The position numbers were made by a program, and so were the translations under genes. Under the pieces are notes generated by a model that saw only the letters and a program-made list of their open reading frames with translations, had not been told where the DNA came from and did no database searches. This document shows positions 1 to 10,812 of a stretch of DNA of 47,166 bases, one piece after another. Position 1 is the first letter of the stretch. Each line of letters begins with the position of its first letter. The DNA comes from Mustelus asterias (lineage: Eukaryota), in contig NW_027590452.1 in NCBI RefSeq assembly GCF_964213995.1, positions 1 to 47,166 of the forward strand, written 5' to 3'.

Positions 1-520
1 CACCATCCTCCCATATCTGTTTCCCTTTCATTCTGGCTCCGTGACCATCCACAATTTGAATCGTTTCACCATTGGGAGCTGTGTCTTCATCTGCGTGGGC
101 TCCAACTCTGGAATTCCTTCCCTGAACGTTTTACTCAAATACATCCATGGGATGTGGGCCTGGCTGGTTCTGCCAGCGTTTACTCCTCGTCCCTAATTGC
201 TCATGAACTGAGTGGCTTGCTAGGCCATTTCAAACAGCATCTCAGAGTCAACCACATTGCTGTGAGGCTGGAGTCACATGTAGGCCCGACCAGGTAAGGA
301 CGGCAGATTTCCTTCCCGAAAGAACATTAGTGAAGCAGATTGGTTTTCTCCACCTTTTCCTCCAATTAAAATAGTCCATAAAAACGATCTGGCCAAACCT
401 TTGGGACATGTGACCCTAAACTCTCCTGTGACTCGGGGTCAAATTTCTCACATTAAGGCTCCTGTGAAGCATCTTGGGATAATACTGTCCAAGGTGCTAT
501 TTTAATGCAAGTTGTTGTTG
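1..520 (+). mobile_element. Old L2-like LINE 3' end, split by a SINE at about 140-350
   Basis: CTCTGGAATTCCTTCCCT near 106-123 and a terminal CCTGTGAAGCATCTTGGGA...AATGCAAGTTGTTGTTG, resembling L2 3' ends. Confidence 0.6.
140..350 (-). mobile_element. SINE fragment with CR1-like 3' tail
   Basis: The reverse-complemented tail matches the LINE-like 3' end at 28730-28875 (GGCAATAAATGCTG...CCCACATC); the body resembles a common shark SINE. Confidence 0.6.
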
Positions 521-886
521 TGTGTGTCTGAGTGTCAGCTTCTGTCCATGTCCAGGACACTGCAGGTAACAGAGAATGATTCACTCTGGTCTGCGATTGT
601 ACATCTCGTGTGTGTCTCAGTGTCAGCTCTGAAACATGTACAGCACTATCCCATCCTGTTTCTGTGTCTCTCTGCCTCTGTATCTGTATCTCTCCCTCTC
701 GCTCCATCTCTCTCCCCAGGACTGAAACAAACTAGAGTTTAAATCCCACACTGGGATGCTGTTCAATGTGAGTTCAGTTTTCCCAGAAATAAAAATCCTC
801 AATTAAAAATTCCTTTGACACAGCAGAGGGAACTTTTCTCAAAGTGAATTTGCGGCTGTCTTGAATTTGAACCCAAGTTTTCAATA

Positions 887-1581
887 TGGGGGTGGCACAG
901 TGATGCAGGGGTTAGCACTGCTTCCTCACAGTGCCAGGGACCTGCCTTCGATTCCCAGCATGGGTCACTTTCTGACTGGAGTTTGAACGTCCTTCCCGTG
1001 TTTGTGTGGGTTTCCTCCGGGTGCTCCGGTTTCATCCCACACTCCAAAGATAGAACCAAGAAAATTACAGCACGGGAACAGGTCTTTCAGCTCTCCAATC
1101 CTGCACCGACCATGCTGCCTGACTGAACTAAAACCCCCTACCCTTCCGGGGACCATATCCCTCCATTCCCATCTTATTCATGTCTTTGTCAAGACGCCCT
1201 TGAAAAGTCACTACCGTATCCGTTTCCACTACCTCCCCCGGCAACGAGTTCCAGGCACCCACCACCCTCTGTGTAAAAAAACCTTCCTCCTACATCTCCT
1301 TTAAACCTTGCCCCTCGCACCTTAAACCTATGCCCCCGAGTAATAACTCTTCCACCCTGGGAAAAAGCTTCTGACGATCCACTCTGTCCATGCCCCTCAT
1401 AATCTGGCAGACTTCTATCAGGTGTACAGGTTAAGTGGATTGGCCAAGCTAAATTGTCCCTTAGTGTCAGGAGGATTAGCTGAGGTAAATGTATGGGATG
1501 ATAGGGATGGGGCCTGGGTGGGATTGTGGTCAGTGCAGACTCGATGGGCCGAATGGCCTCCTGCACTGCAGGATTCTATGA
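887..1581 (+). mobile_element. HE1-type V-SINE interrupted by a CR1 fragment (1052-1421)
   Basis: tRNA-like head, V-domain GTGGGTTTCCTCCGGGTGCTCCGGTTTC, and tail GACTCGATGGGCCGAATGGCCTCC...GATTCTATGA; the halves join as CCAAAGAT|GTACAGGTT. Confidence 0.9.
1052..1421 (-). mobile_element. CR1 LINE 3' fragment
   Basis: Minus-strand TRGHRFKVRGARFKGDV; same tail subfamily as 13398-13997 and 24832-25430. Confidence 0.9.
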
Positions 1582-1677
1582 ACCCTGTTCTGTATTTGGT
1601 TTGGGATTGTTTGTTGAAAAGTGTCGTTGAAGTGTTACTCTGTAATGCTGGAATTTAGGCTACGGGATGATTGGATC

Positions 1678-2586
1678 AAACACTTCAAGATAATAAGGGG
1701 AATGGAGAGGACTGATAAAGAACAACTTTTCCTGCTGGTTGGGGAGTCCAGGACTTGGGGACATTGGATTTCAAACAATGTTGAGGATTTTAGACTTGTA
1801 GGAGTGGAATTCAGAAACACTTTGCCACACCAGCTGTGATATTAGTTTGGAACTACCTTCTATAATTCGCAGTTGATGCTCAGTTGCTTATTAATGTTTA
1901 AATCTGAGGTTGATAGATTATATTTTTATACAGGAGAAGCAATTTAAAATCAATGGGTCAATGTTAAAATGGATGCAGGAACAGAGAGACCTGGGCTTTC
2001 AGTTCATTTTTACATCTTAAAGATTCAACCTGGGGCTCAGAATCTGTCAGTTGAATCTACTTTTCCCTCCTGATAAAGTGTCAACAATTGTGTTGGGGAA
2101 TGTGACAAAAGGTGACATTCCTGCACAGTGGGGTTGGGAGGTTGTTTGAAAGGAGTTTCAGATTGTATCAGAAAGCCTCAATTAGATTGTGTCTCTTTGG
2201 AGAAGGTGCAAATTTCACAGGAAACGCCCCGAGATAAAGACTAGTTTCACCGATGTCTGAGTAACTTTCAAAGTCTGCAGACGCATGAAGGGGGCAGAGA
2301 TATTGTAATATTCAGAGCAGGAGATGGGGGACAATCACAGAATTGAAGATGTGAGGCCATCTCTTGTTTCTGAATGTCAGTGTGTAGCTTTAAAACTTTA
2401 GTCCTGGGCTAATAATTCCAAGTTTGCAATGCCACACTTTGCTGTTGTGAATTAGAGTTGTGAATTTTCTGAAATTGATTGTGTAATAAAACTCCATGCA
2501 GCATGCAATGATTCCCATTCTGTCTGCTGCTGCAAAGCCCCCGGGTCTGTCTCAGTTTCATCGTATTTATCAATGATTTAAGATCC
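1678..2586 (+). repeat. About 0.9-kb local duplication, paralog of 11178-12085
   Basis: Colinear from AAACACTTCAAGATAA to ATTTAAGATCC; old CR1 relic plus non-TE DNA. Confidence 0.9.
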
Positions 2587-2589
2587 TAC

Positions 2590-2898
2590 AATCATAGAAT
2601 CCCTGACGGGTAGACCATTCGGCCCATCGAGTCTGCGTCGACCACAATCCCACCCAGGCCCTATTCCCATAACCCCATATAGTTACCCTGTTAATCCCCT
2701 GACACTAGGGTCAATTTATCATGGCCAATCCACCTAACCCGCACATCGTTGGACTGTGGGAGGAAACTGGAGCACCCGGAGGAAACCCACGCAGACACTG
2801 GGAGAACTCTACACTGACAGCGAGCTGAGGCTGGAATTGAACCCGGGTCCCTGGCGCTGTGAGGCAGCAGTACGAACCACTGTGCCACCGGGCCGCCC
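2590..2898 (-). mobile_element. HE1-type V-SINE
   Basis: Head with B box GGTTCAATTCC, V-domain and tail on the minus strand. Confidence 0.9.
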
Positions 2899-3056
2899 TA
2901 AAGTGAAATGTCTTAACTGAATGGTTCAAAGAGTGAAAGGTGGATTTCATTGCAGACAATTGTGTGGTCACCCACTTTAAAAAGGATAGAACACATTGCT
3001 TTATGAATGGGGAAAAGCTGGAAAGAGTGGAGGCCCAAAGAGACTTGGGGCAGTCA

Positions 3057-4180
3057 CAGAAACATAGAAAATAGGAGGAGGAGGAGGCCATTCAGCCCTT
3101 CGAGCCTAACCCACCATTCAACACTATCATGGCCGATCCTCTGTCTCAATGCCATACCCCAGCGCTCTCCCCATACACCTCGACACCTTCAGAGTCTAGA
3201 AATCTATCTGTTTCCTTCTTAAATATATTCAGTGACTTGGTCTCCACAGCTTTCTGTGGGAGAGAATTCCACAGGTTCACCACCCTCTGAGTGGAGAGGT
3301 GTCCCCTCATCTCAGTCCCAAATGGCCTCCCCCGTATCCTGAGACTGTGACCCCTTGTTCCAGACACCCCCAGCCGGAGGAAACAATATCCCTGTATCCA
3401 GCCTGTCCAGCACTGTCAGAATTTTATACCTTTCAATTAGATCCCCGCTCACTCTTCTCCATTCCAGTGAATACAGGCCCAGCCGACCCAATCTCCCCTC
3501 AGACATCAATGCTGCCATCCCAGGAATCAGTCTGGTGAACATTCACTGCTCTCCCTCTGTGGCAAGTACATCCTTCCTCAGATAAGGAGAGGAACACTGT
3601 ACACAAGACTCCAGGTGTGGTCTCACCGAGGCCCTGTCCAGCTGCAGTAAGACATCCTTGCTCTTCCACTCGAATCCTCTTGCAATGAAGGCCAACATCC
3701 CATTGGTCTTCCTAACTGCTTGCTGTAGCTGCATGCTTGCTTTCAGTGACTGGTGTTCTCAGATACCCAGGTCCCTTTGTACAACATTTCCCAATCTATC
3801 ACCATTCAACTAATACTCTGCCATTCTCTTCCTCCGTCCAAAGTGGATAACGTCACATTTATCCACATTATTCTGCATCTGCCATGTATTTCCCCACTCA
3901 CTCAACTTGTCTCAATCACCCCGAAGCTTCTTAACATCCTCCTCATCACTCACATTCCCACCAAGTTTCGTCTCATCAGCAAACTTGAGAATATTACGTT
4001 TGGTTCCCTCATCCAAATCACTGATGTGTTTTGTGAATAGCTGGGACCCAAGAACTGACCCCTGCGGGACCCCACTCGTCACTGCCTGCTCCTTAGAAAA
4101 AGATTCATTTATTCCTCCTCACTGTTCCCTGTCTGTGAACCAATTCTCAATCCGTGCCATTATATTCCCCCAATCCCATG
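3057..4180 (-). mobile_element. CR1 LINE 3' fragment with disrupted RT C-terminus
   Basis: ORF pieces RPHLESCVQ, FTRLIPGM, LYSLEWRRVSGDLIERYK, TRGHSLRIRG. Confidence 0.92.
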
Positions 4181-4186
4181 CACTTG

Positions 4187-4859
4187 GGGGCCTGGAATGT
4201 GTTGCCGGGCAAGGTGGTGGAGGCGGACACACTGGGAACGTTTAAGACTTATCTAGACAGCTATATGAACGGAGTGGGAATGGAGGGATACAAAAGAGTG
4301 GTCTAGTTTGGACCAGGGAGCGGCGCGGGCTAATTGTTCTTTGTTTCTCGTTTCAAGGCTTCATTCTATGATCATCTTGCTGGTGCCAGTACAGAGCGAG
4401 ACTGCGGATAGTTGGGAACCTGTCTCGGGGGCAGGGAATTCAGATGGTGTTCGTAAAGCAGAAGTGGAAATGAATAGGGTTGGGAAGCATTTTCTGATCA
4501 GGGCCAGTGTGATCTCCTGGACTCGTTTCGATCGCCACAGGGGGTCGGAGAGGAATTTCCCAGATTTTCTTTTTCCCCATATTGGCCCTGGGGTTTTCAC
4601 TCTGGGTTTTCGCCTCTCCCTGGAGATCACATGGTCTGGAATGGGGGGGTGGGGGTGAGTTAATAGGTTGTGATGAACAAAGCATCGTAGCTGTGAGGGA
4701 TAGCTCGGTGGATAGGATATTAGGATGTAGATAGGCTGGAAAATTGGGCGGGGATCCTGGATTCAGGATTCAATCCTGGACCGGGGAGAGGCGCGGGCTT
4801 GGAGGACCGAAGGGCCTGTTCCTGTGCTGTATTGTTCTTTGTTCTTGTTCTTGTTCTTT
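4187..4859 (+). mobile_element. CR1 3' end with extended 3' UTR
   Basis: Encodes WNVLPGKVVEADTLGTFKTYLDSYM; ends GAAGGGCCTGTTCCTGTGCTGT followed by (TTGTTC)n. Confidence 0.8.
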
Positions 4860-5061
4860 AATTTAGCGCACTAACCTCCTATGTGGCACCGCTCCATCCA
4901 TTTGTGTACAGTGTAGATTTACCAGAATGATACCAGGACAGCAAGGGTTAAATCACAAGGTGGTAAAATAACACAAACGAGGATTGTATTCCCCGGTTTT
5001 TCGAAGGATCAGCGGCTGATTATTTGAAAGTTTTCAGGAGAATAATGGAAACTGGTTGAAC

Positions 5062-5412
5062 CATAGAATCCCACTGCAGAAGGAGGCCATTCAGCCCATC
5101 GAGTCTGCACCGAATCTCTGACAGAGTATCTGAGTCAAACCCTTTCCCCCACCCATTCCCCATAGCCCCACACATTTACCATGGCCAATCCACCTCATCT
5201 AAACATCTTTGGATACTAAGGGGCAATTTAGCATGGCCAGTCCACCCAATCTGTACATCTTTGGACTGTGGGAGGAAACCGGAGCACCCAGAGGAAACCC
5301 ATGCGGACACGGGGAGAATGTGCAAACTCTGCACAGACACTCACCCAAGGCTGGAATTGAACCCGGGCCCCTGGCACTGTGAGGCAGCAGTGCTAATCAC
5401 TGTGCCACCGTG
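5062..5412 (-). mobile_element. HE1-type V-SINE
   Basis: Head, V-domain and tail on the minus strand. Confidence 0.9.
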
Positions 5413-5509
5413 CCTATGGGCCCTCCCCAGTTCCGCCTGTCCCACCATCCTCCGATATCTGTTTTCCTTTCATTCTGGCTCCCAGAACAACCGACACAGA
5501 ACGGTATTT

Positions 5510-7333
5510 ATAGAACATAGAACATTACAGCGCAGAACAGGCCCTTCGGCCCACGATGTTGCACCGACCAGTTAAAAAAAAAAACTGTGACCCTCCAACC
5601 TAAACCAATTTCTTTTCGTCCATGAACCTATCTACGGATCTCTTAAACGCCCCCAAACTAGGCGCATTTACTACTGATGCTGGCAGGGCATTCCAATCCC
5701 TCACCACCCTCTGGGTAAAGAACCTACCCCTGACATCGGTTCTATAACTACCCCCCCTCAATTTAAAGCCATGCCCCCTCGTGCTGGATTTCTCCATCAG
5801 AGGAAAAAGGCTATCACTATCCACCCTATCTAAACCTCTAATCATCTTATATGTTTCAATAAGATCCCCTCTTAGCCGCCGCCTTTCCAGCGAAAACAAT
5901 CCCAAATCCCTCAGCCTCTCCTCATAGGATCTCCCCTCCATACCAGGCAACATCCTGGTAAACCTCCTCTGAACCCTCTCCAAAGCCTCCACATCCTTCC
6001 TGTAATGTGGGGACCAGAACTGCACACAGTACTCCAAGTGCGGCCGCACCAGAGTTGTGTACAGTTGCAACATAACGCTACGACTCCTAAATTCAATCCC
6101 CCTACCAATAAACGCCAAGACACCATATGCCTTCTTAACAACCTTATCTACTTGATTCCCAACTTTCAGGGATCTATGCACACATACACCTAGATCCCTC
6201 TGCTCCTCCACACTATTCAAAGTCCTCCCGTTAGCCCTATACTCAACACATCTGTTATTCCTACCAAAGTGAATTACCTCACACTTCTCCGCATTAAACT
6301 CCATCCGCCACCTCTCGGCCCAACTTTGCAACCTGTCTAAGTCTTCCTGCAAACTACGACACCCTTCCTCACTGTCTACCACACCACCGACTTTGGTGTC
6401 ATCAGCAAATTTGCTAATCCACCCAACTATACCCTCATCCAGATCATTAATAAATATTACAAACAGCAGTGGCCCCAAAACAGATCCCTGAGGTACACCA
6501 CTTGTAACCGCACTCCATGATGAATATTTACTATCAACCACCACCCTCTGTTTCCTATCCGCTAGCCAATTCCTGATCCAATTTCCTAGATCACCCCCAA
6601 TCCCATACATCTGCATTTTCTGCAGAAGCCTACCATGGTGAACCTTATCAAACGCCTTACTAAAATCCATATATACCACGTCCACTGCCTTGCCCCCATC
6701 CACCTCCTTGGTCACTTTCTCAAAAAACTCAATAAGGTTAGTAAGGCACGACCTACCTGCCACAAAACCATGCTGACTATCACCTATCAATTCATTACTC
6801 TCCAAATAACTATAAATCCTATCCCTTATAATTTTTTCCAACATCTTGCCGACAACAGAAGTGAGACTCACCGGTCTATAATTCCCGGGGAAGTCTCTGT
6901 TCCCCTTCTTAAACAATGGGACAACATTCGCTAACCTCCAATCTTCTGGTACTATACCAGAGGCCAACGACGACCTGAAGATCAGAGCCAGAGGCTCTGC
7001 AATCACTTCTCTTGCCTCCCAGAGAATCCTTGGATAAATCCCATCCGGACCAGGGGATTTATCTATTTTCAGACCCTCCAGAATATCCTGCACATCCTCC
7101 TTATCAACTGTAATACTGTCTATTCTACTCCCTTGCAACCCAGTGTCCTCCTCAGCTATATTCATGTCCCCTTGCGTGAACACCGAAGAGAAATATTGGT
7201 TCAATGCTTCACCAATCTCCTCCGGTTCCACACATAACTTCCCTCTGCCATCTATAACTGGCCCTAAACTTGCCCTAACCAACCTTCTGTTCTTGACATA
7301 CCTATAGAACGCCTTAGGATTCTCTTTAACCCT
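5510..7333 (-). mobile_element. Young 5'-truncated CR1 (HER1-like) LINE
   Basis: Uninterrupted ORF2 C-terminal part plus 3' UTR ending in (TGTTCTA)n-type repeats. Confidence 0.97.
5600..7282 (-). CDS. CR1 ORF2 reverse transcriptase (partial, no endonuclease domain)
   Basis: KSPGPDG, NYRPVSLTS, QHGF, DFSKAFD, GVPQGSVLGPLLF, FADD, SLERRRLRGDLIETYK; the frame stays open upstream through RVKENPKAFYRYV to about 7333. Confidence 0.95.
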   Translation of the reverse strand: MVRASLGPVIDGRGKLCVEPEEIGEALNQYFSSVFTQGDMNIAEEDTGLQGSRIDSITVDKEDVQDILEGLKIDKSPGPDGIYPRILWEAREVIAEPLALIFRSSLASGIVPEDWRLANVVPLFKKGNRDFPGNYRPVSLTSVVGKMLEKIIRDRIYSYLESNELIGDSQHGFVAGRSCLTNLIEFFEKVTKEVDGGKAVDVVYMDFSKAFDKVHHGRLLQKMQMYGIGGDLGNWIRNWLADRKQRVVVDSKYSSWSAVTSGVPQGSVLGPLLFVIFINDLDEGIVGWISKFADDTKVGGVVDSEEGCRSLQEDLDRLQSWAERWRMEFNAEKCEVIHFGRNNRCVEYRANGRTLNSVEEQRDLGVCVHRSLKVGNQVDKVVKKAYGVLAFIGRGIEFRSRSVMLQLYTTLVRPHLEYCVQFWSPHYRKDVEALERVQRRFTRMLPGMEGRSYEERLRDLGLFSLERRRLRGDLIETYKMIRGLDRVDSDSLFPLMEKSSTRGHGFKLRGGSYRTDVRGRFFTQRVVRDWNALPASVVNAPSLGAFKRSVDRFMDEKKLV

Positions 7334-7353
7334 ATATAATGGCTTCTACAAAT

Positions 7354-7697
7354 GCTGGTGAGCTCAGTACACGTGGTACCGAATGTTACAATAAGATAGA
7401 ATCTGTATTCAGACAACTGTTACTCTCTGCATTGCTCTCTCTCATTCTCCCTACCTCTCTGTTACTCTGTATCTCTTCCTCTCCCTCTCTATCCCTCTCA
7501 TCCACCATGTTGTTTATCGTTAAGGGGTCTAATCACGGAGAATTCAAACACTCTTTCTGTTTCTGTCTTGGCAGAATTGGCAACATGAGTGGATATTTCA
7601 AGACTGGATTCACACAACACAGACAGAACGCTGGTGAGCTCAGTACACGTGGTACCTGAATGTTACAATAAGATAGAATCTGTATTCAGACAACTGT
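7354..7697 (+). repeat. About 67-bp direct repeat (7354-7420 and 7630-7697)
   Basis: GCTGGTGAGCTCAGTACACGTGGTACC...CAGACAACTGT occurs twice with a 1-nt indel. Confidence 0.95.
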
Positions 7698-7727
7698 CAC
7701 CCCACAGGGTCCAAACTTCACCGTGTT

Positions 7728-7925
7728 AATTTGATTTGATTTGATTTGATTGATTTGTATTGGGATGCAGTGAGAAGTATTGTTTCTTGTGCGCTATACA
7801 GACAAAACATTCCGTACATAGAGTGCACAGGGGAGAAGGAGAGGAAAGGGTGCAGAATATAGTGTTGCGGTTACTGATAGGGTGTAGAGAAAGGTCAGCT
7901 TAATATATGGCAGGTCCATTGAAAC
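7728..7925 (-). mobile_element. Rex1/Babar-type LINE 3' tail
   Basis: Reverse complement of the 3' UTR at about 38470-38668, with (ATCAA)n terminus. Confidence 0.8.
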
Positions 7926-8268
7926 GTTGTCATTCTGACCAAGCAGTAAAGCTTTCCACAAAACAAGGCTCACAAATTCAACACCACTTTCCTTTGTCCA
8001 GTCTCCCATCATGCTGTGTTCGGAGTCTGATCGATGCTAAGGGCCTAGTATTTGAGGCTCTGAGCTGAACCCACAATCTGTCTGATTCTGAGGGAAGATT
8101 ACTGCCCACTCAGATACAGCTGGCTGCAATATCCCCTTGAAATATATCTGTTGTGTAAAGAGCCGCATGATTTTTTGATCTGTGTCCCTGAAAGAACTAT
8201 TGAATAATCTTTAAACACCTGCATTCATTATCACAGAACAGGGCCAACATGGGGGAATCCAGTATCAG
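7757..8268 (+). repeat. About 0.5-kb duplication, paralog of 35225-35743
   Basis: Colinear Rex1 tail plus unique DNA (AAAGCTTTCCACAAAACAAGGCTC...GGCCAACATGGGGGAATC). Confidence 0.9.
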
Positions 8269-8545
8269 GGAGGGCACAGTTTAAAATTCATACAGCTCCC
8301 ATTAAAGATGGAGATGAGGAGGAATAATTTCTTCTCTCAGGGGGTGGTTAGTGTTTAGAATTCCCTTCCCCAGAGAGCAGTGGGCGTTGGGACATTGAAC
8401 ATATTCAAGGGAGTTGAGGGTTATGGGGAGACAGACAGCAAAAAGGAGCTCAGGCCACAGTCAGATCAGCCATGATCTTATCAATGGGAGGAACAAGCTC
8501 GAGGGGCAGAATGGCCCACTCCTGCTCCTATTTCTTATGATCTGT
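8265..8545 (+). mobile_element. Old CR1 3' fragment
   Basis: GAGATGAGGAGGAAT..TTCTTCTCTCAG and tail GAATGGCCCACTCCTGCTCCTATTTCTTATG. Confidence 0.75.
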
Positions 8546-8793
8546 GTGGTACCTTCAAAGGCCACCGCACTCAGCTTCACAGGAACACTCCCTGACACTC
8601 TCTATCTCAATCACTTCCCCTCTCTCTGTGTGACTCTCACCCCATTCCTTTCCTCCCCTCTCTCTGTTACTCTCTCTCTATCTCTATCCCTGTTTCTCCA
8701 GCTGGATGGAGAGTGGGAAAGAGAGGCTGATATGGAGGGAGTTTTCATCTGTATCTAACTGCATTTTCTGAACTGCATTGTCCTTGTTTGATG

Positions 8794-8924
8794 AGAAGTC
8801 TCACAACACCAGGTGAAGGTCCCCAACAGGTTTGTTGGACAGGTCCAAACCTGTTGGACTTTAACCTGGTGTTATGAGACTTCTTACTGTGTTTACCCCA
8901 CTCCAACGCTGGCATCTTCACATC
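8794..8924. mobile_element. Penelope-like terminal repeat fragment with inverted copy, TSD-flanked
   Basis: Same 3' sequence as 17200-17276; arms 8794-8833 and 8847-8884 are inverted; flanked by CTTGTTTGATGA at 8783-8794 and 8924-8935. Confidence 0.75.
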
Positions 8925-9040
8925 TTGTTTGATGAAACAGTGAAATGGGAGATTGACTTTGTAATGGGATGTGTGTGTGTGTGTCTGCATGTGTGTGTAT
9001 CGGTTTGTGTATCAGTGTGTGTGTATGCATCAGGGTGTGT

Positions 9041-10203
9041 GTCGGTGTATGTATCAGTGTGTGTGTATGTATCAGGGTGTGTGAGTGTGTATCGGTGTAT
9101 GTATCAGTGTGTGTGTATGTATCAGGGTGTGTGAGTGTGTATCGGTGTATGTATCAGTGTGTGTGTATGTATCAGGGTGTGTGAGTGTGTATCGGTGTAT
9201 GTATCAGTGTGTGTGTATGTATCAGGGTGTGTGAGTGTGTATCGGTGTATGTATCAGTGTGTGTGTATGTATCAGGGTGTGTGAGTGTGTATCGGTGTAT
9301 GTATCAGTGTGTGTGTATGTATCAGGGTGTGTGAGTGTGTATCGGTGTATGTATCAGTGTGTGTGTATGTATCAGGGTGTGTGAGTGTGTATCGGTGTAT
9401 GTATCAGTGTGTGTGTATGTATCAGGGTGTGTGAGTGTGTATCGGTGTATGTATCAGTGTGTGTGTATGTATCAGGGTGTGTGAGTGTGTATCGGTGTAT
9501 GTATCAGTGTGTGTGTATGTATCAGGGTGTGTGAGTGTGTATCGGTGTATGTATCAGTGTGTGTGTATGTATCAGGGTGTGTGAGTGTGTATCGGTGTAT
9601 GTATCAGTGTGTGTGTATGTATCAGGGTGTGTGAGTGTGTATCGGTGTATGTATCAGTGTGTGTGTATGTATCAGGGGGTGTGAGTGTGTATCGGTGTAT
9701 GTATCAGTGTGTGTGTATGTATCAGGGTGTGTGAGTGTGTATCGGTGTATGTATCAGTGTGTGTGTATGTATCAGGGTGTGTGAGTGTGTATCGGTGTAT
9801 GTATCAGTGTGTGTGTATGTATCAGGGTGTGTGAGTGTGTATCGGTGTATGTATCAGTGTGTGTGTATGTATCAGGGTGTGTGAGTGTGTATCGGTGTAT
9901 GTATCAGTGTGTGTGTATGTATCAGGGTGTGTGAGTGTGTATCGGTGTATGTATCAGTGTGTGTGTATGTATCAGGGTGTGTGAGTGTGTATCGGTGTAT
10001 GTATCAGTGTGTGTGTATGTATCAGGGTGTGTGAGTGTGTATCGGTGTATGTATCAGTGTGTGTGTATGTATCAGGGTGTGTGAGTGTGTATCGGTGTAT
10101 GTATCAGTGTGTGTGTATGTATCAGGGTGTGTGAGTGTGTATCGGTGTATGTATCAGTGTGTGTGTATGTATCAGGGTGTGTGAGTGTGTATCGGTGTAT
10201 GTA
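9041..10203. repeat. 50-bp minisatellite, about 23 nearly perfect copies, within TG-rich tract 8968-10640
   Basis: Unit ATCGGTGTATGTATCAGTGTGTGTGTATGTATCAGGGTGTGTGAGTGTGT starts every 50 bp from 9091 to 10191. Confidence 0.98.
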
Positions 10204-10641
10204 CCAGTGTGTCTGTGTGTGTATATCTGTGTATTTATCTGTGTGTGTATGTTGTGGTATGTATCAGTGTGTCTGTGTATGGATTAGTGTGTGTGTGTGT
10301 GTATCAGTATGTGTATCGGGGTGTGTGCGTATGTACCGACGTGAATATGTATCTGTGTGTGTATGTATCAGTGTGTGTGTCAGTGTGTGTGTCAGTGTGT
10401 GTATATCGGGGTGCTGTGTATCAGTCTGTGAGCTGGTCTGCACAGGTGTATTTGGGTGTGTGTGAAAGTGTGTGTGTGTATTCTGCATGTGTGTATGTGC
10501 GTGTGTGAGTATCTGTGCATGGGAGGTGTGTGTGCATCTGTGTGCCTATATGTGAGAGTGTGGGTGTGTATGTGAGAGAAATTGTGTGTGTGATTCTGTG
10601 TGTGAGTGTGTCAGTGTTTGCCTGCATGGGGGTTAGTGAGT

Positions 10642-10812
10642 GAAACATAGAAACGAGAAGCAGGAGGAGGCCATTCGGCCCTTCGAGCCTGCTCCACCAT
10701 TCATTTTGATCACGGCTGATCATCAAATTCTATATCCTGATCCCCCGCCTTCCCCTCCATATCCCTCGATCCCTTCAGCCCCAAAAGTTATATCTAATTT
10801 CTTCATGAAATC
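10642..10812 (-). mobile_element. CR1 3' tail
   Basis: AAACATAGAAAC...GGAGGCCATTCGGCCCTTCGAGCCTGCTCC. Confidence 0.8.

Noticed and set aside
2124-2160. CACAGTG as a V(D)J recombination signal (also 11634 and about 32440)
   Set aside because: No ACAAAAACC-like nonamer at 12 or 23 bp
4490-4555. Minus-strand hammerhead (CGAAAC next to a stem)
   Set aside because: No correctly placed CUGANGA box
8874-10726. Cys/Val-rich and His/Thr-rich ORFs (also at 17.6-18.1, 31.8-32.5, 34.0-34.7 and 42.4-43.0 kb)
   Set aside because: Translations of TG/TC microsatellites, open in several frames on both strands
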